In this document: one piece after another, positions 1 through 12,700 of the stretch
How positions within the stretch are numbered: position 1 is the first letter of the stretch
Layout: each line of letters starts with the position of its first letter
NCBI GenBank assembly: GCA_951406725.2
Contig: OX597819.1
Span: forward strand, 106,516,001 to 106,580,000
Length of the DNA: 64,000 bases
Source: Octopus vulgaris
Taxonomy: Eukaryota
Direction of reading: 5' to 3'
Notes under the pieces: model-generated
The model's database searches: none
What the model was told of the DNA's origin: nothing
Seen by the model: the letters and a program-made list of their open reading frames with translations, nothing else
Position numbers and translations under genes: made by a program

Positions 1-2
1 CC

Positions 3-3
3 G

Positions 4-57
<54 letters not shown>

Positions 58-75
58 GTATATGTACGTATATAT
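3..75. repeat. (TA)n microsatellite
   Basis: Direct dinucleotide run. Confidence 0.95.
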
Positions 76-83
76 TACAGACA

Positions 84-316
84 AGAAAATAACTTTTGAA
101 CACAGTAAATCTGTATGAACAAAGAAAGATTGGGTATTTATCCGTGTACGGGGCAAATAATTGCCAACAGGTGCCTACGAGTACCGAACATACAACCCCG
201 CAGATATCGGCTGAATGTTCCCGTAGCCGCCTTGGCAATTCTTTCTCCTCTACGGATAAATACTCAATGACTCTCTTCTGTTCTTACAACTTTACTGCGT
301 TCAAAATTTACTTTCT
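84..316. mobile_element. MITE-like foldback element with ~84-bp imperfect terminal inverted repeats
   Basis: 84-167 (AGAAAATAACTTTTGAACACAGTAAA...GTATTTATCCGT...AATTGCCAA) is the imperfect reverse complement of 232-316 (TTGGCAATT...ACGGATAAATAC...TTTACTGCGTTCAAAATTTACTTTCT). No coding capacity. Confidence 0.6.
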
Positions 317-358
317 CCTATGCAATATAACAGCCACATTCGCGGTTTCCAAAGTGTG

Positions 359-361
<3 letters not shown>

Positions 362-446
<85 letters not shown>

Positions 447-475
447 TGTGTGTGCGTGTGTGTGCGTGTGTGTGT
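362..475. repeat. Compound (TA)n(TG)n microsatellite
   Basis: Direct; source of the spurious YIYI/CVCV ORFs. Confidence 0.95.
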
Positions 476-1046
476 AGTGCTTATGAATGTGTTATATGAT
501 ATCACTGTGAGCAGGCAAACTTTTATTCTTTAGTAGCAATATCAACCTGTTCTGTTATATTTTCCGTGTGAACAATATAAGTTAGTTTTCTCAAGTTTCT
601 GTTTACATTAAACAACATATTTGCTGCACTGTCTATTTTTCCTTTATGTTATTCAACAGAATTTATAATTAACATAATCTTTTTTGTTTTCTTACGCTTG
701 ACATTTTTACAAGAATGTTTTCATAAAATTTGTATGATATAATGAATTAAAATAGACCGTTATGAATAAATTGAAGGCTACTATATTCATATGATATATG
801 GTATAAGTGATTAGAAGTAACAGCTGGCTTTAGATAAAGAGATAGGCTGCATTTGTATCTTCACTTTCAAACTTATAACTACATAGCATAAAATAAATAT
901 GTTTACACAAAATTGGTAGCATGAATATATCATTTTGCTACAATATTGTTAATTGGAGAAAATGAATGTTTTGTCTATAGACATTTCATGGAAAATTGTC
1001 TTTGAATTTTCTTTGACTTTTCTTCTGATCAACTGAAACCACATAA

Positions 1047-1432
1047 TCCAGGATGGGGCGGAGAGGACGGACGGTTTTGAATACTTCAAATAAATCATTC
1101 ATTTTAGCTGCAAACAAATTTTATTGACATCGATGTGTTTGTATTGAACACACGTTTATCAAAATCAAAAGTGGAAAACAACATCCAAACATTTGGAGTC
1201 CGATTTTATTGATGCATTTCTCAAAGCGTTCTCGGAAGTTGGCCTCCACTCTATCCAGCATTGATCTTTCGATCTGGGCGTCTTACCCGCGAATAATTTC
1301 CTTCAAATCGTCCAAAGTTTATGTGCATAAACACGTGCCTGGCGGTTTCCTAACAAGAAATAATCACGCATGTACAAATCAGAGGACCGAGGGGACCAAG
1401 GAATGTCAGAAAACCTGGAAATGAGGTGGTCA
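1047..1432 (-). mobile_element. Tc1/mariner (rosa-like) transposase C-terminal remnant
   Basis: Minus strand reads HLISRFSDIPWSPRSSDLYMRDYFL..ARVYAHK..(frameshift)..IERSMLDRVEANFRERFEKCINK. This matches the WPPRSPDLxxxDFFLWG...NFRERL..CI C-terminus of Tc1/mariner-superfamily transposases. Frameshifted and 5'-truncated. Confidence 0.65.
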
Positions 1433-1461
1433 CAGTTGAGAGGGCGAAGAACGGCCATTGA

Positions 1462-1502
1462 TGCATGTGGTTGGTAAGAAAGCTACTTATCACACAGCCA
1501 CC
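1462..1502 (-). mobile_element. SINE family A 5' head fragment
   Basis: CATGTGGTTGGTAAGAAAGCTACTTATCACACAGCCAC matches the head of copies at 5682 and 43181. Confidence 0.7.
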
Positions 1503-2867
1503 CCAATTATAGTATAATATAAAAGCATAATGGATTCTCATATGTTTACAATTTGAAATTCTCGCCTTTGAAAAGTACAGGTCGATTTGTATTTTATTCA
1601 GCAGACAACGAGGACGTGCCATGCTGTAATGCTGAGGAGAAATCTATACTTTCTGTTATATATGATATTTTTCCTAAGTACATACTCTTTGAGTATACTA
1701 CGGATCCAATATGGACCAAGTGGCACTTTGGAGAAATATGTGGGTCTTACATATTGAATAGCTTATGTGATTGTTTAGAAAGAGGCACATATGAGGTTAC
1801 CACCTGGTAGATGTTTACACTGACAGAAATAGTTAACAATTATTACTACCGTATTCATAAGAGTAGGACATATTTTATGTTTCTCTTCAAATTTTTTGAT
1901 ACAGGAAAGAAATGGATGTACTTTGCTGAGATTTCTTTCATGTTAATTTGTTCAGTGTTGTTAGCCTAAGACTCTACTATAGCAAAATCGTGACATATAT
2001 ATGTCCTAAAGGCTTCTGCCTATTTTTAATCCACTAGAATTGGATCTCGAGAAAACTGTAGAAGCAAACACTGGCGTAAGATGTCGGGCCGTGGAATCGA
2101 ATTTACATCCTTCATAACCATATGGCTAAACGACATTTTCTTTTGAAGCTAACACAGTTCACATGAAACAATTTTTCAAAGACTTTGCTCTTTAAGTAGT
2201 TACGTATTTACACAAGCAAAACGTGAGTCACGAGATAATGAAGATTTATTCGAAATTTCATAATCTGGTCATTAAAGTTTGATGTTTATGTGTGAAACTA
2301 ACACGCACACATACAAACTCACACACATACGCACACGCACACATTGTGAACTATCGAATTCTGTCGCTATCATTTTGTTGCTTCAGGTTTATATTTACTA
2401 GGTGGTCGTAACAACCGTCCGTTGTTTATACGATTATGTAAAATGTAATCCCAAATCAGTAATACTATAGCATATGTCAGGCAATTGGGAATGGAGAGAT
2501 TTATGGCGTAAATTCTATACAAACTTAATTACATAAGTTCATACAATTTCTCTATTCTTACATTCCTATATGCTTCACAACCTTTTGTCATAAAACAAAT
2601 TGCAGTTACATTACGCAGTAATATCCTCAAATGACTATTTAGTGTAAGCTTTAATAGAATATACCTAGTTTAAAATTATGATATTATAGTTGTGTTGAAT
2701 GTCAGTAGATGAGGAATGGCATGTTTTATTGTAGAATGTTAGTAAATATGTGGGTGAAGACAATGCAGTGTACTTAACAAGTTCGATATTCAACCATGCT
2801 ATATTCTGATTTCAATTCGCCTACTACACGTAAGCTCCGCCTTCCACGTTCTCACACACTCTCATAC

Positions 2868-3243
2868 AAGTCCGGACACGCTTACGACGACGAGGGTTCC
2901 AGTTGTTCCGATCAACGGAAGAGCCGGTTCGTGAAATTAACGTGCAAGTGGCTGAGCACTCCACAGACACGTGTGGGCTTAACGTAGTTCACAGGGAGAT
3001 TCAACGTGATACAGAGACAAGGCTGGCCCTTTGAAATACAGGTACAGCAGAAACAGGAAGAAAGAGTGAGAGAAAGTTGTGGTGAAAGAGTACAGCAGGG
3101 TTTGCCACCACCCTCTGCTGGAGCCTCGTGGAGCTTCATGTGTTTTTGATCAATAAACATTCCCAATGCCCGGTCTGAGAATCGAAACCGCGATCCTATA
3201 ACCGCGAGTCCGCTGCCCTAACCAATTGGCCATTGCGCCTCCA
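2868..3243 (-). mobile_element. tRNA-derived SINE family B, near full length
   Basis: Minus strand starts GGAGGCGCAATGGCCAATTGGTTAGGGCAGCGGACTCGCGG..GGTTTCGATTC (Pol III A/B boxes). Closely matches the copy at 39461-39828. Confidence 0.85.
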
Positions 3244-3859
3244 CCTCACGCAAGTACATATACAGATACATGCACGTGCGCCTACATACATACACATAGG
3301 TATTTGGTTATTGACTGTGTCCTTAGCTGTGTTTCGATCGCTTAAGCGTTAATGAGTGGCGGATTCGATGGTACGAAAAAACATACATAGATTTATGTGC
3401 AACTTTCATCGAGCACATCCGCATATGAGTTGTGATATATTGTATATCCTGGTGCATTCTGTGGGAGATTCTGCAACGATAAATCTATCTTCATTTTTGA
3501 TAAAGGAAACCATTCAATTAATTGATATAATCTTAATTCCAAATAGCGATTATGCTACATGGAAAATATTAATTTTAATAGGACAATAACTTAAGATTTT
3601 CTGCTACTGAAGTCTTTTAATTGATATTCTTTCCTCAGCAATGCATAATTTGCTTAATTTGCTTAGCTATAGATTTAAATATAGATTTTTAGACAATATT
3701 TCATGTTCCTGTTCTTGCGTGTCCTACCTTTATTTCTAGATTGGCGCAATAATATTGGTTAGAGTATTTCTCAGCATCTAAACGAATTCAAATGTTATAT
3801 ACATTTGGTTTCGAAAGGGAATTTCCAAAGTTTCAAACGCTACTTATTACTTTAAGTAG

Positions 3860-4090
3860 TAGGCTCAGGAAAAAGCATAACTCAAATGGCATGCTTTCTG
3901 GATTTCTGAGCCTGAGGAGAAAATGGGGAAAGTATTGTTGTCCCCGCACTGAAGACATGGTCACAAAGCCTTCAATATAATGGACTAGATTAAAATTAGC
4001 AACTTTTGACCTTGTTGAAAAGGCTCAGATGCCCTGTTTGGAACATCTATGACATACGGAACGCCGACCGAACAATGAAGAGCCATCTGT
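3860..4090 (+). mobile_element. Possible highly degenerate RTE-like LINE 3' remnant
   Basis: Weak resemblance of the translation to RTE C-termini; many stops. Confidence 0.2.
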
Positions 4091-5261
4091 AGTTCCTGAT
4101 ATATTATGGTTGATCTATGTACCTTGCTGTACATACATAGAATTAACTTGGCATCGGAATAAGTATAACGAAGAAACTAGTACTGTTCACCCTACTGGAG
4201 ATCTAACAGTTCCCTTCATTCAAACATAATCTATGAATAAAAACGTAAATTTCATTGGGTTGAGGCGCATTCCACACTGCAAGATCGATCCTGAAAACAC
4301 ATATTTTCAAAGAAACATCTTTCAATTACAACCAACGTCAGCTTTTCTTCGGGAAAAGTAACGACGAGTAACATTTTTATTCTTTGGAAATTCTCTGACA
4401 TAATAAATCAGTTAAGATCCATCTAACGTAAAAAAAGAATTATTGCATTGGTAATCAAAGCAATGGTATTTTAAATACGGAATGATTTGAAAATGGAGGC
4501 AAGCGTCAGATAAATGTTATTACATTAACAATATTTATGAGGGAGGGAAATGACGCGGATATTATTGCATGTAGGATTTTAACAATATTAACAGCCTATT
4601 CAAAATCCTTTAATGACTTTTAAATGGCCAACAAACTAAAACAAGTGGTGAGCATATGTAATTTTATCAGACATATTCTTTCTCTTCCCATTCATACGTT
4701 TATTTATGGTGTTAACTTCCTTGTTCACTATGCATATGAATGAATGTGTTTTCCATTTGACATTGCGCGCTGAGACTCACGCGATAGATATGCACATACA
4801 CGCACACACAATTACAATATTATACTCGCTATCAAGCGGATATTACCACATAGATGCACACTTGCCTGTCATGACGACCATTCATAATTAACATATATTA
4901 TCATAATGACTTTCTGTGAATTTGATGATTGTAGTGTGCTGCATAAATAGCGTACACAAGAACAACAACAACGATAATAATAATCTTATAACATCCTATT
5001 CGTGTGATGCACCGATTCTTTGCCATTCACTTACAATACCACAGGCACATGCAACGACATATATCATTCTATCTCTGTCTCACCCTGACACTTATATACA
5101 TGTTTATCTTCAGTCGAACGAATCGACTCAGTTGCTTCCACTTTTTCAAGCCTGTTACTTATTCTATCGATCTCTAACACCGAACAGGAACGTAAACACA
5201 CCAACACCGGTAGTCAGGCAATGGAGTGGCAAACGCATGTACACATAGATATATGCGTATA

Positions 5262-5380
5262 CATACATAAATACATACATACATACATACATGCACGCAT
5301 ACATACATACATACATACATACATACATACATACATACATACATACATACATACATACATACACACGCGCGCACATACAT
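5262..5380. repeat. (TACA)n microsatellite
   Basis: Direct tetranucleotide run. Confidence 0.95.
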
Positions 5381-5542
5381 TTCGCTTAGGCATTGCGAAA
5401 CTAATAACCTGGTGTAGAGGTCATTATACCTATGCTCCTGAACGAGGGGTTAGTCGACTATAGAGCAGAAGTAAGAAGAAAGGGATGAAAAAACGAATAC
5501 AGGAAGATAATCGTTTATTCCTTTGCCATCTCTTTTTTCTCA

Positions 5543-5618
<76 letters not shown>

Positions 5619-5639
5619 ATATGTGTGTGTATGTGTGAG

Positions 5640-5675
<36 letters not shown>

Positions 5676-5681
5676 TATATA
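5543..5681. repeat. Compound (CT)n(TA)n microsatellite
   Basis: Direct. Confidence 0.95.
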
Positions 5682-6060
5682 GACGCAGGAGTGGCTGTCT
5701 GGTAAGTAGCTTGCTTACCAACCACATGGTTCCGGGTTCAGTTCCAATGCGTGGCATCTTGGGCAAGTGTCGTCTGCTATAGCTGCGGGCCGACCAATGC
5801 CTTGTGAGTGGATTTGGTGGACGGAAACTGAAAGAAGCCGTTCGTATATATGTATATATATATATGTATTTATGTGTGTGTATATGTTTGTGTGTTTGTC
5901 CCCCTAGCATTGCTTGACAACCGATGCTAGTGTGTTTAGCGCTTCGGCAAAAGAGACCGATAGAATAAGTACTGGGCTTACAAAGAATAAGTCCCGACTA
6001 AAGGCGGTGCTCCAGCATGGCCGCAGTCAAATGACTGAAACAGGTAAAAGAGTAAAGAGT
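5682..6060 (+). mobile_element. tRNA-derived SINE family A (internal microsatellite, GTAAAAGA-type tail)
   Basis: Head GCAGGAGTGGCTGTCTGGTAAG...GGTTCAGTTCC (A/B boxes) and a CTTGGGCAAGT motif. Internal TA/TG tract, tail GGCGGTGCTCCAGCATGGCCGCAGTCAAATGACTGAAACAGGTAAAAGAGTAAAGAG. At least 5 more copies in the window; flanked by TA runs. Confidence 0.9.
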
Positions 6061-6859
6061 ATATATATATATGTATAAATTAATATACTGAGGGTAGAAA
6101 TTGATATCAATCAATAAACATCAATTTAAACCAGTGGTCTAGCATATTCAAAAAAATCCGAAGATTTCGAAGAAATTGTAATATATATATATATATATAT
6201 ATATATATTCTAAAATACTATTAAATTTCATTCAGTTTTTATAAAAGGTAAAATCGGACAGAACTTATGGGATTACCTGATAAATTGCATTTCAAATTCT
6301 CAAATGTAAGTCCTTCGACTTAGGTCTGCGGAAGAAGTACTAAGGACATCATCAACTGGAGTTTTCATGAATTAGTGCGATATGGAAAAGGAAAATCTTG
6401 GCGTCTGTAAACCAGTGACCTTGTTACCAGCTTTATGAACTGTAGTAAATATAGCCAAGTTTGTTGTAGTTTGGTTGACCAAATTTAGATTTGATTGTGC
6501 AATTATATAATTTTCAAATAGTGGTCTAGATGGTAATACCTCTGCTAATTCAGATATATTATGGGTCCGCCTGATTTGAGTACCAAGAAACACGTAACAA
6601 GTTGTTATTAAGTGAGCGACGGTTTATAGAGCGTCAACTAGCATCATCCAGAGTTTATTCCGCGCACTTCTTCACTATTTCCATATCCCCAGTTTTATAT
6701 TTAGAAATTATATTCAATTGAGATTTTGGCTGAGCTGAAGACACCTGCATAACGTATTGCGCAGCTGAATCGGAACAGGGAAACACGATTGCAAATAACT
6801 AATATACCTCCAAATAAACGAATGATGTGCGAAACTGGTATTATTCTTTGAAAATTTTA

Positions 6860-7305
6860 GATGGCGAATTAGAACGAAGGCTTAGTGCATTTCTTGCGTT
6901 CTGAGATTAAATTCCATCGAGGTCGACTTTGCCTCTCATCCTTTCTGGGTCGATAAAATAATTACCATTCGAGCACTGGGGTCTATCAATTCGATTTTCC
7001 CCTTACCTCAAAATTGCTGTCCTTCTACCAAAAACTAGACGGAAATATTCTTTCAAACATTGAGTCGGTGAGCAGGGGGAAACATTAGCGCGGGGTTCAT
7101 ATGCTTCGTAGCATGTTTTCGCCTCTATAGTCTGAGTTTAAATTTAACAGTGGTCAAATTTGCTCTTCCTTTCAGCGTCGGAAAAATAAGTACATATTAA
7201 GCACAGGGGTCAACTTTGCTCTTCATCCCTTCAAGGTCGATGAAATATTTACCAGTTGCGCACTGGGACTGAAATAGTTGGCCTTGTGGCTAAATTTGAA
7301 ACTAT
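6860..7305 (+). mobile_element. Cluster of old degenerate SINE family C-related copies
   Basis: The core GTCGACTTTGCCTyTCATCCTTTC.GGGTCGATAAAAT..AAGTACCAGT...CACTGGGG recurs at ~6920, ~7150 and ~7210. Same core as young family C copies. Confidence 0.7.
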
Positions 7306-7994
7306 TATATTCTGGAGAGCTGTTGACATGAGAAATTCTCTAAGATCAAACAAAATATTATTAATGCTTTCGTAATTAGTTTGATACATTTAAGACAGAA
7401 AGATGTGAAATGGCGACAGGCCTCAGATAAATATTATAACATTAACACAATTTATGGGAAAATGAAATGACGGGGATCATCTTGCTTGAAATATTTAACG
7501 AAATTTAGAGCTCATTCAAAACATTTACTGCATTTTCAATAGCCAAAAACAAAATTAACGATGCGCATATATATATATGTTAATCACATATTTTCTACAC
7601 GTAGCCTTTCATTATGTCTTTTCATACTGTGAGCTTCGCCGTTCTTTTTATTTATGGTGAGATTATATCATATTTATGTTACCTATTGACACAAACACGA
7701 ACAGTTATAATGTTATGTATATTCATATTAGAAGGCTAGTTATTATACGCATATAAATAGCACATATGCAACACATTGCACTTTTCTTTAATTACGTTAT
7801 AGTTTAATACTAACTAACGAAATTTCACCGCATATTTCAATATCCTTTTATCGTTTTCCTACATATATTTGCGAAGTCACCACGCCGTTATTTAGAATTG
7901 CAAAACAATTCTCTTTCCGAACGAGGGACGAACCACCGATTAGACTGTCGACCTTTATATAAACAGCCGCTCACAAATATATATATGCGTATAT

Positions 7995-8189
7995 ATAGTT
8001 AATCCAAACATGAAAACACAAAGAGAAAACACAACAACGTGAGGACGTGGAACAAGTATAGTGTTATTGGACGCTCAGGAAAGGAAAGAAAGCAGGAGGA
8101 TCTAACGTTTCGAGCGGACTTCTTCGTCAGAAACATAGAAAAAGGAAAGATCCAAGGAAGGGAAGACGGGGGAAAAAATCGCCAATGAT

Positions 8190-8190
<1 letters not shown>
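7995..8190 (-). mobile_element. Short repeat with hammerhead-like core (probable Penelope-like terminal-repeat derivative)
   Basis: Minus strand GTTT-CTGACGA-AGAAGTCCGCTC-GAAAC-GTT-AGAT, followed ~20 nt later by TTTCCTGAGCG. Same layout as 45845-46057; flanked by TA and CA microsatellites. Confidence 0.55.
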
Positions 8191-8191
<1 letters not shown>

Positions 8192-8254
<63 letters not shown>

Positions 8255-8270
8255 ATATATATATATATAT
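8192..8270. repeat. (CA)n(TA)n microsatellite
   Basis: Direct. Confidence 0.95.
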
Positions 8271-8538
8271 GAAAAAAGTGCGCTTATTTTAAAAGACACC
8301 AACTTTGCTAAATATCGGAGTTAAAACATTCCGAAACAACAGAAGTTGAGACTATATTTACGCAGGCATGGTTGGAAAAAAATTAAATGAAATATGGATT
8401 GACTGTTACCTCTGCAAAAATGCAAGAAGGAATGCTGGTTAACGTGATATCATGATTTCGAAATTAGCGTCAAAAACACGGTTCGGTCAAGTCTACTATT
8501 AAACAAACATTTAAATATAACTTCGACCGATGTCTGAC

Positions 8539-8676
8539 TTCGTTTCAGTGCCCTAGCCGCACTAAGAAAAACGAAATTAAGCGAATACAAATTTATAAAA
8601 ATTAATGAAAAGCATTAATACTCATGAAAGATGTTAGTCCTAATTGCCGCGAACTGAAGCCGTGTAGGCCAAATTA

Positions 8677-8733
<57 letters not shown>

Positions 8734-8930
8734 TAACAATGGCACTTTTCTTTAACAGGCATCAGCTCTGCTAAATATCGGAGTTTAAACACTCTGAAGC
8801 CACAAAAGTTAACACTTTAGCTTGCGATCTCTAACATGAATATCATCAGTATTAATGTTCTTTATTTGCTTTTATAAATTTGTATTTGCTTTATTTCGTT
8901 TTTCTCAATGCGCTAGGGCACTGAAACGAA
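8539..8930. mobile_element. Foldback/MITE-like element, ~100-bp inverted arms, (TA)n in spacer
   Basis: 8539-8637 (TTCGTTTCAGTGCCCTAGC...ATACAAATTTATAAAA...CATTAATACT...ATGTTAG) is the inverted copy of 8831-8930. Confidence 0.65.
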
Positions 8931-8959
8931 CTCATTTCACTAATTCAGAGTCTTTTAAC

Positions 8960-9580
8960 AAACGCCAGATGGCTTTGAATCCTTGTAATTGAACTATCAT
9001 CGAAGTTTCCACTGAATTGTTTTCATGAGACGAATACGACCGAACCAACTGTACAAAGCCTCTGTCTGACGTCACCTAGAGTTCGCTGTGAATCATTTAT
9101 TCTCAGAGCTGATGTCTTGCAACGCCTTGACTTAGCCAAGATCCACTGTGACTGTGTTCGTATTGTGAGGTTCCTCTGCAGTTCAGCACAAGAGAGTAAA
9201 TCAGTATTCTGCAACTTGATGCCCTGATTTTTTGTGACAATAATAACAAAGTGTTTCTATAGATACTGAAATATAATCATCCTCTCGGGATCAGTTCGTT
9301 TCTAAGTGCAGACGTGTCAAAATTAAGCTCTTACATAATTAAAATCGTATGCCAGCGTCCTGTATTGCTCTTCCAACATCAATGGCGGAATCATCGGTCG
9401 ACTCCTTGAAAGATCCGGTTTTTGTGATGCCAGATGCCTTACTAAACTTTTAAGTGTAACGGGAACAATGCACCTTCATCATCAGGCGGAAAGGGTCTGG
9501 CTCAGACTCCATTCCACAAATATGGATTACTTCTTACAGAGAAGGTTCAAGCACACGTCCAACTTATTCGACAGCATGAA
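8960..9580 (-). mobile_element. Possible very old CR1-group LINE RT remnant
   Basis: GC-richer block; minus frames give weak CR1-like fragments such as FVQLVRSY, with many stops. Confidence 0.25.
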
Positions 9581-11934
9581 TCCGTTCCTCACGACTTCAA
9601 GTATACACCCGTCATTCAAATTTGCAATCGGAAAAGCAATCGTGCACACACGCATATGTACACACACACATATATGCACGCATACACAACATACTACATA
9701 TATGAGTATAATTTCATTTCAATGCAGCTCGTTGCAAGTTTGTTTCTAGTTAGTTCTTACAGACCGCGTATGTTTACGTTTCATGCTGAGCTTACGAATG
9801 TACGTCCCTTCTGTATTTATGTTAACATACTTTGATCACATGATATCTGCTATTGATCAGTCATCGTTAGTCACGCGTGTTCAAATTCCATTTCTTTCTT
9901 GTATCAAGTGTACTAGTGAATTTAGCATCTTTGATGTGTTTTAACTACTTTAAACGGCTCTTCAAAAGATGTAATGGATACATACTTAAATACACAGATA
10001 CGCGTATATATGTGTGTGTGCTGATTCTTACTTGGTTCGTTAGCTTCCTGATGTAACACTCTGTGTATTGAAACATAATATTGCAATTGTAATTCATTTT
10101 ATTAATTCTTTACTTTGCTAAAAGTTTTAGCTTGGGGTGTTGCAGCATTTTCAGTATGTTCTTCGTGACCGCACTCTTCTGTCGCTGTCTCGAATTTATA
10201 TATTTGTATTTGGTTTTGATGTTGATGATGACGCCGCACATCGTAGAGATGGTAGCGGTAGACTTGTTGATCTGGAGCCTATGTGTGTATATTGTGGAGG
10301 TAGGTGTCTGTTAGTATGATTTTTAGTTGCATTCTTTCTATGTGTATATCTGAGTGTGTGTAAATGTGATGTTGATCAATCATGCTTGTGTATGTATGAT
10401 GTGCGTGTTCATGTATGTGTTTACTAATATTTTTCTCATTATAATCTTTTTTTTGTTCTATTCATTGTTCTGTCAGCCATGTTGGCTTCTATTCCCTTTG
10501 TAGCGGTAGCGGCAATAGCTAACATCTGATAATGGCTGTTACATACGTTTTCTTATTTTGCTTAATTCTTTACCTATTTCGTTGTTTCTGATTTCTTTCA
10601 CATCGCTACTGTCAGTATTCCTATTTAGCTACCACGGGATCCATACATACAATTATTAAATAGAGTGGTACTTCTAGTTATGGGATTTATTTTGATTGAC
10701 TTAATGTTGTTAAATACTTACGCGCCGCCAAATACTTTCTATAATATGTGTTTTTGTATCTCTTTCCTCAAACCCATTCACACTGCGTTTAGGTTTATAA
10801 TTGTTCTCTTTCTAATATGAATCATTGAAGATATTATTGCATGTTATATCTTTTTATTATTGCATTTATACACACAGGTATTTTTTTTCTACATTCCTTT
10901 TAGTAATTTCACTCCTAAAATTATCCGATATGACTTCTCATCCGTACTGTGAAATTTTCTTTCATTTCCTTTTTCATTTAAATGAAATTTCACGTTAAAA
11001 ACACAAACATCATTAAGGTTTTTTTTTTTTCACTTTTCTCGGTCGTAGCAACTTACCTGAAAATGTCTGGCAGCTATCAGTGTCAGTTGATTCAATTGAT
11101 CACAAATTTTTGCTGGTATGTCATTTACTGAGCCTGCAAGTTTGTTGTAGGAAAATGTGACATTGATGGAGCTTAAACTCATAATGCAGTGGTCGGAAGT
11201 ACATATTATAAAAATTTCCTTCACAAGCTCTAACCAATCTGTCAACAAACTTACAATAGTTGAATAGCTGATTTGTAGACGACCATGGTGATTGGTTTGG
11301 GTTGGTTATCTTTGTCATTCTCACCCACAGCTTTTAGTGATATTAACAGTCTAGAAAGTAATTTATATTAATATGTCAAGTATTTTATATTATTCATATA
11401 AAACATAAGTTTGGTTGGAACTGATACCTCCATAAAAATGCCAGTACCATTCAAATATATTTTGTGTCTATTCTTTTGCGACCACAGTAAAGATAACAAT
11501 GTTTACCGTACGTCATTCTCAATTTGCAACCTCATAATGCTCCTCCTCCTCCGACCCCTCTTTGCCTAACACATGCCTCATTACAACGTATTGATATTAT
11601 TTACGTCAATGTATATTGTATATCGCAAAAGATGCATATGGATGTTTCGGCAATACTCTGACAGTTGTAATCACTTTATTGTAAGTATTTAGCTAGAAGA
11701 GTTTTATTTTTCCATTCTAGTTATTTCTATTGTAAAGAACTATCTAAGAGAACCACGAAGGCACATTCCATACGTAACAATAAGTAGTGTCAAAAATATA
11801 CATTAGTGAATTAATATTTTGATTAAGAACATATATATATATATGATATTAACCACAAGGAAAATAACGTGTTTTTTTTGCATCTCTGAACCCAGATATT
11901 TTATTATAATTCTATTTACAAATGTAATGCATTA

Positions 11935-12700
11935 TATGAGTCGACTTTACTCGTCATTAGGGCTTTATTTCATCGATCATAGAAGAACTAAGGCCAAAGT
12001 TGACATTGGTTACACTTGAAATTTGAACGCAACAGATTGCTTCACGATTTTGGTCTGATACTCTGCTGGGTTTATTGTCGAATGCTTACATCAGCCTCAT
12101 TATGATTTGATGCCTTATTAAGGAGGTCATTTTCGTTAGATAGCAGTGGTCCCCGATGATAGGAGATCATAGATGAGGAAACTACGGAATCAAAACGCGG
12201 TATTCAAAAGTTCAAAGAAGTGTCTCAGTTTAGATATTTACATACATTCGCAAACAATTCATTAACTTATAAGAATAAATAATTTATGCATAGGGACAGT
12301 AATATTTAAGGGAGGAATTTGTGGCTTACAAGGTCCCAAATACTTGACTGGTAATGTATTTCATCGTGAGGAAAGATCAAAGAAAAAATTGAACATTACG
12401 TCCATCTTTACGTCCTGAGTTGAAATTCCTCCGGGGCCGATTTTGCCTTGCATGTTTTTGAGGTAGATAAAATAAGTATCAGTTAAGCAATGAGCAATGC
12501 AATCTACTTACCTCATCTCCCGGACTTGCTGTCCTTGTGTCAAAATTTGTAACCAATATTTCTGAACTATATGAAAAACCAGCGGTTTTCGGGCGAAAGG
12601 ACAACTCAGCTACATCGTATTTAGTACTTCACTGGTGTTTTGTTTTCCACTCTGGGAATCTCAAAGGCAAATTTGACTTTGGCGGTATTTGAACTCAAAA
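11935..12700. mobile_element. Old SINE family C-related fragments in both orientations
   Basis: Degenerate cores at ~11940-12030 (-), ~12410-12560 (+; CTGAGTTGAAATTCCTCCGGGGCCGATTTTGCCTTGCAT...GATAAAATAAGTATCAG) and ~12620-12700 (-). Confidence 0.6.

Noticed and set aside
3165-3243. tRNA-like sequence with A/B boxes (also the heads of other SINE copies)
   Set aside because: It continues into a SINE body and has no complete acceptor stem; a SINE head, not a tRNA gene.
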